Source of the DNA: a virus
Taxonomy: Duplodnaviria; Caudoviricetes
Reading direction: 5' to 3' (one strand)
IMG/VR virus record: IMGVR_UViG_2636415425_000001
Location: 1 to 64,000 of that record
Length of the DNA stretch: 64,000 nt
The first letter of the stretch is position 1, and each line of letters begins with the position of its first letter. The translations under genes were made by a program, and so were the position numbers. Shown here in pieces: positions 21,655 through 30,596 of this stretch. The notes under the pieces are model-generated. The model was not told the origin of the DNA, searched no databases, and saw nothing but the letters and a program-made list of their open reading frames with translations.

Positions 21655-23508
21655 TCAGCCCTCCAATGGATCAAACCAGCCGCGCGTAAAGCAGCGATAT
21701 GACGTCCCGGCTGCGGACGATCGCGCGCAGATTTGCGCGGACGTGTCCGTCCAGACCCTCAAATCGGACGCATTGCCAGAGGTCGCAGTCGAGGCTTCCA
21801 GACCGTTGGCACCAACGCTATAGCTTGGCGGGTTGTCAGTGATGCCGGTCTCGTGCGTCCACCAGGTGGTGTTTTGCGTAGCGTTCCAGGCGATGACATT
21901 GAGCAAAGCCTGCACCCTGACGCCAGTTGGACAGCTGGCGAGAGCGAACGTTTGTAACGTCGTTCCGATCGTCGTGGTTACATCCAGCGCCGAGCCCGGC
22001 CAGAAAAACTCCCTGCCCCGCTGCAAAATCTGCGAGAAATTTACACCACTGTTGAACCACACGGCACCGATGCGACGGAACAATGTGTATCCGGCCGGCA
22101 TCGTCGGCGCAGTTGCACTCTTGGACATCAGCACATCGACAACCGACGTCGTCGGATTTTTGATTATGAAGACATGGTAGAAGCCGTTTGCAAGCGCCCC
22201 GGTATCAAGGCAACCATTGTTGTTGCCAGCCGCCCATGCCGAACTTGACTTAGTCAGTGCAGCACTGAGAACGATCATATCGGTCCCGCTTCGATCGCAA
22301 GCGACACCGGCGCTGACGCTGAACGTCGAAACACCGCCCGGCGACGTGATCTTCAATCCTGAGAGATGGCCGAGCAGCAAGCCGGGGACACCGAGATTGA
22401 CGAGCGCAACAGGCTTATTCGTCAGATCAGACAGATTGGCGGTCGACGACAAGTCGCCAGCGCCCGGCTGACCGACGCGGCTGAAATTCCAATCGTTGAA
22501 CGTGCCGGCGCCGGCAAATTTATCCCTGTACATGAGGAGAGCGCCGGTCGATGGATCGTAAGTGCAGACCCCCTCTTGCCAGTTGCCGATGTTGGCATTG
22601 GACGATGCGCGAAGGCGAACGCCATTTTGATAAGACAGATCAGGTTGCGTCGTAAACCCGATGGTGCCGGCGCCGATCGTCACCGAAGTCGTGCTTGTTC
22701 CTTCTTTGAGGCTTTGAGCAATCAGCTTCCACTTGCCAGCCGCAAGATCGGTCGCGAACACTCCGGAGTTATGCGGAACGATGCACTGATACGTATTGCC
22801 ATTCGGCCCTGTCACGATCGACGCGGGCGCTGCTGCAACAAACGCTATGCCCGTCGCCCAGGCTACCGGGACGGCCCAGGGCACTGAGCCGGTATCGCCC
22901 TTGTCGCCTTTCGCCGCCAGCACCTGCCAGTAAGTTGGGTCCGGCGCTGGATGCCCAGATCCCGGCGTTTGGTTGATCCAGACATAGGACGTACCCGCTG
23001 TCGTCTGGACGTCGCCGACCGAATAGGCCGCGGCATTGTCGTATGCGCCGCGGAAGCTGAAACCCTTGTAGACCCCCAGATAGGACCAGGCGCCACCGGT
23101 ATGAACCCACATCTTTCCGGTGGTAGGCTGCAGCGCGTACTGCCCGTCCGTACCGAGCGAGGGATCGGGCGCCGCGAGCGACGCGTCGACGAACCAAAAG
23201 AAGCCCGACGTGTTCAGCGCCGCCACGAGCGCGGAAACATCCGCCATAGCTTGCGCACCGGCGATGCGCTGGGACGATACCTTCCAGACAACATACGCAA
23301 CGGCTGCCTGCGCGCCGCCACCCCACGGGGGAATGACGAGATGCGTGGGATCCGTAACGTCAGTGATGATCGTTTGGAAATTCCCGATCTGGAGAATGTC
23401 GCCGGGCCGCACGTTGGTGCTGGACCAGATCGTTCCGACTCCGGACACAGTGGTATCGCCGGCCGCAACGGAAACCGTCCCGGTCGAGTAACTGGCAAGC
23501 GCCGTCAT
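21655..23508 (-). CDS. Tail fibre protein
   Basis: YSTGTVSV...GT.W N-terminus, carbohydrate-binding-like repeats, NLSDL motif. Confidence 0.85.
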   Translation of the reverse strand: MTALASYSTGTVSVAAGDTTVSGVGTIWSSTNVRPGDILQIGNFQTIITDVTDPTHLVIPPWGGGAQAAVAYVVWKVSSQRIAGAQAMADVSALVAALNTSGFFWFVDASLAAPDPSLGTDGQYALQPTTGKMWVHTGGAWSYLGVYKGFSFRGAYDNAAAYSVGDVQTTAGTSYVWINQTPGSGHPAPDPTYWQVLAAKGDKGDTGSVPWAVPVAWATGIAFVAAAPASIVTGPNGNTYQCIVPHNSGVFATDLAAGKWKLIAQSLKEGTSTTSVTIGAGTIGFTTQPDLSYQNGVRLRASSNANIGNWQEGVCTYDPSTGALLMYRDKFAGAGTFNDWNFSRVGQPGAGDLSSTANLSDLTNKPVALVNLGVPGLLLGHLSGLKITSPGGVSTFSVSAGVACDRSGTDMIVLSAALTKSSSAWAAGNNNGCLDTGALANGFYHVFIIKNPTTSVVDVLMSKSATAPTMPAGYTLFRRIGAVWFNSGVNFSQILQRGREFFWPGSALDVTTTIGTTLQTFALASCPTGVRVQALLNVIAWNATQNTTWWTHETGITDNPPSYSVGANGLEASTATSGNASDLRVWTDTSAQICARSSAAGTSYRCFTRGWFDPLEG

Positions 23509-23576
23509 CTCGAGAACCTCTCGATTGAAGCTTCTTTGTGTTTGCGGGGGGCAGAGCCGCTATGGCTCCGCGCAGG

Positions 23577-23945
23577 CTACGGCAGCAGGGCCAGCCGCTG
23601 ATCCTCGTAGTGCGCCGGAACGCCATTGTCGGCGAGGATCCTGTTCAGCTCTTCCAGGGTCTGCGCATTGCGCACGGCGACGATCAGGCCCCTGCGCCTG
23701 TTTTCCTTGGCCATGAGATCGTCAGGCTTGGCGAGGATGATGGCCGCGAGCTGCTGCGCGGTTTTGCCCTCGATCCTGGCAGCCTCTTCAAATTCTGCGG
23801 TCGGCGCCGCACCGTTCTGCACAGACAGCGCCAGCATGTGCTTGCGGGAGTGCGCCACGTCATGCCCGTCAACCATCAGGAACGTGTTGATCCGGCGCTC
23901 CGCTCGCTTCTTTTCCTGGACGAGCGGCGAGATGCTAATTTTCAT
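23577..23945 (-). CDS. Tail-associated hypothetical protein
   Basis: Coupled ORF in the tail module. Confidence 0.7.
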   Translation of the reverse strand: MKISISPLVQEKKRAERRINTFLMVDGHDVAHSRKHMLALSVQNGAAPTAEFEEAARIEGKTAQQLAAIILAKPDDLMAKENRRRGLIVAVRNAQTLEELNRILADNGVPAHYEDQRLALLP

Positions 23946-24502
23946 CGCGCGATCACCTCGAAGGCGCCGACCTTGTACGGCTGCGCGGCAACAATGGTTA
24001 CCCGGAACGTGCCGGCCTGGTCGATCGCGAACTCGATCGCACCATCCGTGACGTCCTCCTGGTGGACCAGCCTGTTCTCAAACCAGACATAGACCGTGAA
24101 ATTTTCCGGCCGGACCGTCAGATGCAGCACATCGATGCCGTCCGCCTTGATCGGCCGGATTTCGCCGCTGATGACAACCTCCGGCTTGGGCCGAATTTCC
24201 GGCGGATCGGTCGACAGGTCGACATAGGCCTCTTTGATGTCGACCGGTCCATCGTAGAGGATGTGGTCAATGCCGGCCTCCGCGAACGACTTGGAGATCT
24301 CGTCCATCGGCCTTGCAGCCTCGAGAATGACCTGAGTAATGACGCCGTTCGCGTCGTGCCTGATGAGCGTCTTTGTCCTGTTCAGCGCCTTCGGCTCCTC
24401 GACAGTGATCGGCTGCGAGCCGACCGTCAGACCCTCACCGTCGGCCCCGGCCGGGACGAAGCCGGGAACAGCCCACGCACTATCGAGCGTTACGCCCGTC
24501 AT
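23942..24502 (-). CDS. Tail-associated hypothetical protein
   Basis: AGGAGG RBS, ATGA coupling. Confidence 0.7.
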   Translation of the reverse strand: MTGVTLDSAWAVPGFVPAGADGEGLTVGSQPITVEEPKALNRTKTLIRHDANGVITQVILEAARPMDEISKSFAEAGIDHILYDGPVDIKEAYVDLSTDPPEIRPKPEVVISGEIRPIKADGIDVLHLTVRPENFTVYVWFENRLVHQEDVTDGAIEFAIDQAGTFRVTIVAAQPYKVGAFEVIAR

Positions 24503-24903
24503 CCTGCGATCCTCCTGAACAGCGAAAAATAGAGCCGCCCGACTTGGTTGCCGAACTTGAACCGGAACTGGATCGCCGACGACGTCACCGCGGCGTAGAT
24601 CCAAAAGTCAGTGCCTCCGCCGCGGTAGGCTTCGCACTGTAGATATTGCGCGCCGGGATTGAGGATGATGCTGGGGTCGCAGTAACCCAGCATGAACGGA
24701 ACCTCCGGCAACGTCTCGCCGAAATTCAGCTGCGCCACGCTGTCGTTGCCGCTGTCGAGGGTGCCGCTCAAATAGAACTGATGGCCCGACCAGCGGGAGT
24801 CGAACACGGTCTGGTCGAGGTTTGCGAGGGACGCTTCGATGCCCGGCTTGCTGACCACGAGCTTGGCGTCTGCCCCTCCCTGCATCAGGACGCGCTGGGT
24901 CAC
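24499..24903 (-). CDS. Minor tail protein (VSKPG...FDS motif)
   Basis: GTGA coupling; paralogous motif shared with neighbours. Confidence 0.7.
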   Translation of the reverse strand: MTQRVLMQGGADAKLVVSKPGIEASLANLDQTVFDSRWSGHQFYLSGTLDSGNDSVAQLNFGETLPEVPFMLGYCDPSIILNPGAQYLQCEAYRGGGTDFWIYAAVTSSAIQFRFKFGNQVGRLYFSLFRRIAG

Positions 24904-25340
24904 CCGAGGCTCCGGTTGAAGACCATGTAGTCGACGTAAATGCCGTACGACTCGGAGATCAGATTGTTGAAGTTCATCGTGTTGTTGTGGATCTGGAAAC
25001 CGTTCTGGATCTCGTAATAGACCGTGCCGCCGATCGTGATGTCCCTCGGGACCGCCATGTCGAGGCGATACGGGTAGGAGACGACGCCATTGTCGATATA
25101 CGTCCGAAAGGAGACGTATGGATTTTGCGGCAGGGACGCCGGGTACGGGATAGACACGTTCCCACTGAGAGGCGGCAGGTAGATGCTGCCCGACATGATG
25201 ACCTGCTCGTTCTTGACGTCCGATTTGAGCAGGAACTGAGCTGCCGCCGTGGCCGCGACGACGTCGACGCCAGGCACGGAGAGCCAGACGCCGTACTGCC
25301 CGAGGTTGGGATGCAGCCCCATCAGGAAGCGCTGGGCCAC
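24900..25340 (-). CDS. Minor tail protein (LSVPG motif)
   Basis: ORF in the tail module. Confidence 0.7.
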   Translation of the reverse strand: MAQRFLMGLHPNLGQYGVWLSVPGVDVVAATAAAQFLLKSDVKNEQVIMSGSIYLPPLSGNVSIPYPASLPQNPYVSFRTYIDNGVVSYPYRLDMAVPRDITIGGTVYYEIQNGFQIHNNTMNFNNLISESYGIYVDYMVFNRSLG

Positions 25341-25778
25341 TTACCAGACCTTCCACGCGAGGTAGAACAGGTTGTATGCGATCCCATGCAACCGGGAGTA
25401 CCTCGCGAACACCAGGCCCGAGTCATCCGGCGTGAACCCGTCTCGCGCACATAGCACGGCGAAGGGAGAGCGCTGGATGGCGGTCGAGCTGTTGGCATCC
25501 CTCATCACGAGCGTCTGGCCGTATCCCGCGACACCCGAGCTGAGACTGTAAGGGACGATGTCGACGGCCGGCGGCGTTGGGTACGTGCCCGAATAGAATA
25601 CCTTGGCGCCGCTCAGAAACGTGTAGGCCGGAATGAGGCCGACCTCGAGCGGCCTGCCCTGGTTCAACCGGCTGTCGAGCGACAGGTACTTGTAATCGAC
25701 GGCCGGCGGAAACTGCGCGTCGTACCCCGGCTTGGATACCGTGACCCTGGTTGGATCGATATAGATCCGGACGGCCAC
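25341..25778 (-). CDS. Minor tail protein (VSKPGYD motif)
   Basis: ORF in the tail module. Confidence 0.7.
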   Translation of the reverse strand: MAVRIYIDPTRVTVSKPGYDAQFPPAVDYKYLSLDSRLNQGRPLEVGLIPAYTFLSGAKVFYSGTYPTPPAVDIVPYSLSSGVAGYGQTLVMRDANSSTAIQRSPFAVLCARDGFTPDDSGLVFARYSRLHGIAYNLFYLAWKVW

Positions 25779-25782
25779 ACGG

Positions 25783-28700
25783 TCACTCCGAGATGACGAG
25801 GGTGCCGGCCGTCAGGTTGAAGACCGTCTTGCCATCTGAGCTCTGGATGATGCCGGCAGTTACGGTCCCGATGTTGGCCGAGATCGCGCTCAACACGCCG
25901 ACGTTCATCATGCGTGCCGTGAGGACGCCATCAAGGAACAAGTTCGCCGTGATGCCAATCGAAGGAACTCCGCTGATCGTGCCCACGGTGAAGACCGCTT
26001 TCGGCGCGCCGCCATTGTAGCCTGGCAGTTGGATCTGGAACTTGTCGGCGACGACGGTGAAGGCTGAGACCCCCGAACCGCCGTTGACCAACTGTATTCC
26101 GGAGATGTAGCCGTTCACGTTGAGCGTGAGGGACCATGCCGCGGCGGCGTATCCGCCCAGCTGCGCGATCGCGGTCGATTGTTCCGTGATCGACGCGTTG
26201 ACGTCGCCGAACTCAGCCGTAACGGACGTGCTGAGATCCGCGACGGCTTGCTGGGCGTCGACGGCGACGGTCTGCACCGTGGCGATTTGAGCAAATGCAG
26301 CGCCCACACGGGCCGAAATTTCGGACTTGATCGACTTTTTGTCGAGCCAGTTGCGCGCGTCCTGGTTCGCAACGGCCGCCGTGGTCGCCTGCAGGACGGC
26401 GTTGATCTCGTCGTTGTTCTGATCCGTGACGTCGGCGACCTGTTTTTTCAGCGCCGCGTTGAACGACTCGAGCGTGACCATGCCGGGCGCCAGCTTGACC
26501 GTGGGAGCATCGAGATCGACGGTCGAATAGGCGCCGCGCATTGTCGCATTGACGGCCTGCACTCGCAGCGTCGCGCCCGCCAGGCTGACGATGATGTCGA
26601 ACTGGTTCTCAGCGCCCTCGTAGACCTGCGTCCAGCTCTTGCCGCCGTCATATGTGATGCCGGCAACGTAGTAGACTGCACCTTCCGTCGGGAACCAACT
26701 GGCGAACAGCCTCGGCTCGGCGGTACCTTGGCTGATGTAGGCATTCAGACCGTAGACCAGCGGAACCTTGGCATTTGACGGATATTGCGGGCTCGGCAGG
26801 ATCGGCGGGGTGCCGAGATCGGTCGCATGGACCCGCTCGTCGTCAACGACGAGGCTGAGCGAGCAGGTATCGCCATTCGGCGTGCCGTTCAGGACGAGGC
26901 AGAGCTTCGAGGCACTCTCGCCGGTGCCCAGTTCGAAGGACGCCGGCTCGCCACCATCCTCACGCGCCAAAACCGCGGCCAATGTGGTCGACTGCGCCGC
27001 CTGGGCCGCCGCCAGGCTGGTTGGGTCGAGATTCGCGATCGACGCATTGGCGCCCTTGCCGCAGGCGATGGGGCCGAAGAACTTGCCGTTCGGCATGCGC
27101 AGCCGGATGTAGAACGGTCCGCTATCCCATGTCGGCGCCGGGTCAAGCGTTAGGGCATTGCCGGCGACGCCGACCACCGCGCCACCGTATCCGTAGTCCT
27201 GCGGCAGTTCGGACTGCAGCCGGATAACGGAGCCGAGGGTAATCGCCCTGCCCTCGTACTCGACGCCGATCGTGACGTTCTCTCGACGGTAGAAGGACTG
27301 CAGATAGGTGAAGGCACACTCGCGGAAGGCCTGCAACCGGTTGACGATGCCGTCAATTCGGATGGTCGTGGCGTTGAGCGAGGTGAAAGTGTCGCTGTTC
27401 GGCGGGTACTGGACCTGCGCGGCCTGCCAGGTGTTCTCGTCGACATACTCGAGAATGACCGCATCCGGGTCTTCCTCGCCGAGCATCGTGAGGTCGATCG
27501 CGGTCGAGTCCCGCACGATCTCCCGATCGGTCAGCAACATCGTCGGGACGTCACGCCATTCGTCGCGAACGATGGAGACGGTATCCCCGAGCCAAAAGTG
27601 CTTTGCTCTAGCGACAGCGAGGATCTTGTCGAAGGCATCGGGTACCGCGACGGCGGCGTCGAAGCGGAAATCGAACGTGTCGCCGCGGCTGGTGCACCCC
27701 GCTGCAAAGTTCACGACGGCGTTGAAATCGACCTTCGAGATGCCGAGGCCGGATCCGTATTGGGTGTTGCTGACGCTGTCAAAGAAGGCCCAGCCGGGAT
27801 TGCGCGTCGCTTGCTGTACGAAAGCTGCCCCATTCCAAACCGGGAGAACCCGGGTGGCCAGCACGCCGAACTTATAGGAGCCCTGCGTGGACTGCGACGC
27901 CTTGATCCGGATCGCGATCGTTGAGACGTCCGGGAACGAGTTGTTGCCCTTCAGGAACGAGCGGAGACCGGCCCAGATGACGGAATTGGAGCCGCCGGTG
28001 CCGGCGAGCTCGGCATCCTCGCGCCTGAAGCGGACCAGGTATCGACCCGGGAAGACGTCGACCTTCACGCTGTTGCGGACTGGCGCCTGCGACGCGTACT
28101 GAAACGACGTCGAGAACAGCGTCACGAACGGCCCGGTCTGGGTGCCTGCATCATCGCAGGTGGCGTATTCAGCCGTCAGCCCGACGTTTGAATAGCCGAT
28201 CGAATTGTCCTTGCCGCTGACGGTGAAGCAGCCGGCCGGGAACGCGAAGTCGACCGCGATGGACTGCGAGAGTGTGCCGGCGGGATTGGCGACGAACGGG
28301 CCGACCCATGCGCCAGGCGTCCTGGCCGACGGCGGCAACGGCGCGCCCATGGCATCGTACTGACCGCCGGACGAGCCCGCCCCCGACGGCAGCTGTTGGC
28401 CGGTGACCTCGGCCGACTGGTCGACGTTGGTCGGGAACAACGTGACGGTCGCACCCGGCGCATAGAACGCGACCTGCGCGCCGGCGAACGCCGCCGAGAC
28501 CCCATTGACCGGATCCCAGAAGATCGTGTCGTCGACGTAGATCTTCTCGTAGGACATGCTGCCCATCGAGACCGAGAGCAGCAGGTTGAGATATTGGTCG
28601 TTGCCAACGAACTCGGCCCAGGGCGTCGCGGCGAAGTCCGGGAAGGCCTTCATGCGGCCATACCAAACCGGCAGCGGCTGCCCCAGCTTGGCAACGTTGC

Positions 28701-29286
28701 CCTGTGCCGTTACCGAATAGATCTGGTCCGGCGTAGCGTTCGGCGAGTTGGTCGCGCCGGCCTTCGGAAGGATCAGGGCGTTGACGAGGAGCGTGCCGCC
28801 GATAGCGAGGCCCGCACCGAGCGCCGTCGCGCCGAAGCTGCCGGCGGCGAGACCGAACAGGCCGACGGGCGCCCAAAGCGCGAATGCCGACACCGCCACG
28901 AGGGCGACGATACCGATGATCTGCTTGACCGAATTGCCGCCCTGCCCGCCACCGCGGGGGAAGCTCATGAAGCGGACGCGATCGTCAGGACCGATCCGGC
29001 GCCGGCGCCATTCCTTCCGCAGCACCGCCTCGCCGTTGATCTCGAGGATCGTCGGCAGTCCCTTCGCGAACTGCCAGCCATAGGCGCGATCGCGCCATGC
29101 CCAATTGGTCCGGCGCAGGAAGGACGTCACGGTTTCGCGCGGCCGCGGCTGAGCGCGCGCGACCTCGAGGCCCGGCATCACGAGATGCAGAGCGGGATGG
29201 CGGGGCGCGCGCTCACGCCGACGGCGGTCACGCGGCCGCGGCGCCGGAGAGCGAGGCGCCGGAGCGGGTTTCAACGATCCATGCAT
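25783..29286 (-). CDS. Tail tip / host-specificity protein (lambda J-like, with I-like N-terminus)
   Basis: LGQPLPVWYG, ATRNPGW and F.V.AD.F C-terminal motifs; 1167 aa. Confidence 0.9.
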   Translation of the reverse strand: MHGSLKPAPAPRSPAPRPRDRRRRERAPRHPALHLVMPGLEVARAQPRPRETVTSFLRRTNWAWRDRAYGWQFAKGLPTILEINGEAVLRKEWRRRRIGPDDRVRFMSFPRGGGQGGNSVKQIIGIVALVAVSAFALWAPVGLFGLAAGSFGATALGAGLAIGGTLLVNALILPKAGATNSPNATPDQIYSVTAQGNVAKLGQPLPVWYGRMKAFPDFAATPWAEFVGNDQYLNLLLSVSMGSMSYEKIYVDDTIFWDPVNGVSAAFAGAQVAFYAPGATVTLFPTNVDQSAEVTGQQLPSGAGSSGGQYDAMGAPLPPSARTPGAWVGPFVANPAGTLSQSIAVDFAFPAGCFTVSGKDNSIGYSNVGLTAEYATCDDAGTQTGPFVTLFSTSFQYASQAPVRNSVKVDVFPGRYLVRFRREDAELAGTGGSNSVIWAGLRSFLKGNNSFPDVSTIAIRIKASQSTQGSYKFGVLATRVLPVWNGAAFVQQATRNPGWAFFDSVSNTQYGSGLGISKVDFNAVVNFAAGCTSRGDTFDFRFDAAVAVPDAFDKILAVARAKHFWLGDTVSIVRDEWRDVPTMLLTDREIVRDSTAIDLTMLGEEDPDAVILEYVDENTWQAAQVQYPPNSDTFTSLNATTIRIDGIVNRLQAFRECAFTYLQSFYRRENVTIGVEYEGRAITLGSVIRLQSELPQDYGYGGAVVGVAGNALTLDPAPTWDSGPFYIRLRMPNGKFFGPIACGKGANASIANLDPTSLAAAQAAQSTTLAAVLAREDGGEPASFELGTGESASKLCLVLNGTPNGDTCSLSLVVDDERVHATDLGTPPILPSPQYPSNAKVPLVYGLNAYISQGTAEPRLFASWFPTEGAVYYVAGITYDGGKSWTQVYEGAENQFDIIVSLAGATLRVQAVNATMRGAYSTVDLDAPTVKLAPGMVTLESFNAALKKQVADVTDQNNDEINAVLQATTAAVANQDARNWLDKKSIKSEISARVGAAFAQIATVQTVAVDAQQAVADLSTSVTAEFGDVNASITEQSTAIAQLGGYAAAAWSLTLNVNGYISGIQLVNGGSGVSAFTVVADKFQIQLPGYNGGAPKAVFTVGTISGVPSIGITANLFLDGVLTARMMNVGVLSAISANIGTVTAGIIQSSDGKTVFNLTAGTLVISE

Positions 29287-29287
29287 G

Positions 29288-29698
29288 TCAGTTCGGCTCG
29301 AAAAACGTCAGCTTCTTCCAGCCCATTTGACGCAGGGCCAGAACGGTTTCGCAGGCAACCCCCTGCTTCTCGTCGCAGTGGATGACCCGCTGCTCGGACT
29401 TCAACCAGACGCCGATATGCGCCGGCACCCGCAGGTGGGCCATCAGGACGAGCGCGCCATCCGCGGCGACGACAAGGCCGCCGGGCCCCTCTGGCACTTC
29501 TCGCCACAAGCCTCGCTCGGGATGCCCCTCGAAGGACTCCAGCACCCAGCGCTTCGAGAAGTCGTTGGGTACCGGGATGCGGGGGAGATCGCGCCCGAAC
29601 AGTTCCTTCTCGACGTGGCAGGCGAAGTCCCAGCAGTTTCGCGCCTGCCATGCCCACGGTTCGCCGATAAGCGGCGCCAGAAATTCGGAACGGTTCAT
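29288..29698 (-). CDS. NlpC/P60 tail assembly protein (lambda K-like)
   Basis: IGEPW...NCWDF...HIGVW...VIH. Confidence 0.85.
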   Translation of the reverse strand: MNRSEFLAPLIGEPWAWQARNCWDFACHVEKELFGRDLPRIPVPNDFSKRWVLESFEGHPERGLWREVPEGPGGLVVAADGALVLMAHLRVPAHIGVWLKSEQRVIHCDEKQGVACETVLALRQMGWKKLTFFEPN

Positions 29699-30222
29699 TA
29701 AGGCAGCAAGCTCGGGAATTGGACGTAGTCGTAGTTCTTCGTGAGGCGCGGAAACCGCTTGTTCTGCAGGTTCTTCACCATCACGGTGCCGGTGATCGAG
29801 GTACCGACCACCTTGACGTTGCGGAGCTCGAACTCGACCGCGCCATAGGACGGCTGCGTCAAGTCCGAGGCGAGATATTCCCGGTACAGAACCGAGATGT
29901 ACTCGCGGTACCCCAAGGCGGCCCGGATCTTGGGCAGCAACTCGCGATTGACGTTGTCGATCTTGATGTCGGTCTGCGGCGGCTGCCCCTGCCGCTGCTC
30001 CGGATACTTCGACTCGAACGGGCACGCGATGAACGTCACCGTTTCGCCGGGATTGCGCGGGGCCGACAACTCGATCCCGAAGGTCATGTCGTCACCGACG
30101 TTGGCGACGACGCGCGCCGCGACATCGAACGACGACTGCCAGATTTCGAGCGTGTGATAGACCCGCGCGCTAGGCGGGCAAGACGCGTAGGCCTCGAGGA
30201 GCGCTTCGTTGTGTGTCGCCAT
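29698..30222 (-). CDS. DUF1833-type minor tail protein
   Basis: EAYAS.P...TLEI...IDNV...YREYL...FP.L. Confidence 0.85.
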   Translation of the reverse strand: MATHNEALLEAYASCPPSARVYHTLEIWQSSFDVAARVVANVGDDMTFGIELSAPRNPGETVTFIACPFESKYPEQRQGQPPQTDIKIDNVNRELLPKIRAALGYREYISVLYREYLASDLTQPSYGAVEFELRNVKVVGTSITGTVMVKNLQNKRFPRLTKNYDYVQFPSLLP

Positions 30223-30593
30223 CAGAGATTAAACACCATCAGGGTCATCGTCGCCGCGACGTGGCTCGTTCCCACCGGCACGTAGGTTGGCTTGCCGCCC
30301 TTCGCGAACTTGCAGGTCTTGCTGGTGTAGGAAGACCCGAGCCAGACGTTGGCGGTGAACCTGCCGGACCCGTTACCGAGCGTGTCCCTCACCCAAGCGA
30401 CAAACGTGTCGTACTCTGCCAGCGTGAGATTGATCGTCTGCACCACGGTCCCGACGTTGTCGCCGGGCCGCGGGCGTTCTCGCGTATTCCCGCCTTCCAT
30501 GTCGGTCGCGATCGGGTCCAGGAACCGCTTCTGGATTTGGAATCCACTTTTTTGCGGCCGGCTGTTGACCCCGGGCCAAGACGGAAGGGCCAT
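30222..30593 (-). CDS. Distal tail protein (lambda M-like)
   Basis: Position after the tape measure gene; WP...TDMEGG. Confidence 0.75.
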   Translation of the reverse strand: MALPSWPGVNSRPQKSGFQIQKRFLDPIATDMEGGNTRERPRPGDNVGTVVQTINLTLAEYDTFVAWVRDTLGNGSGRFTANVWLGSSYTSKTCKFAKGGKPTYVPVGTSHVAATMTLMVFNL

Positions 30594-30596
30594 CGC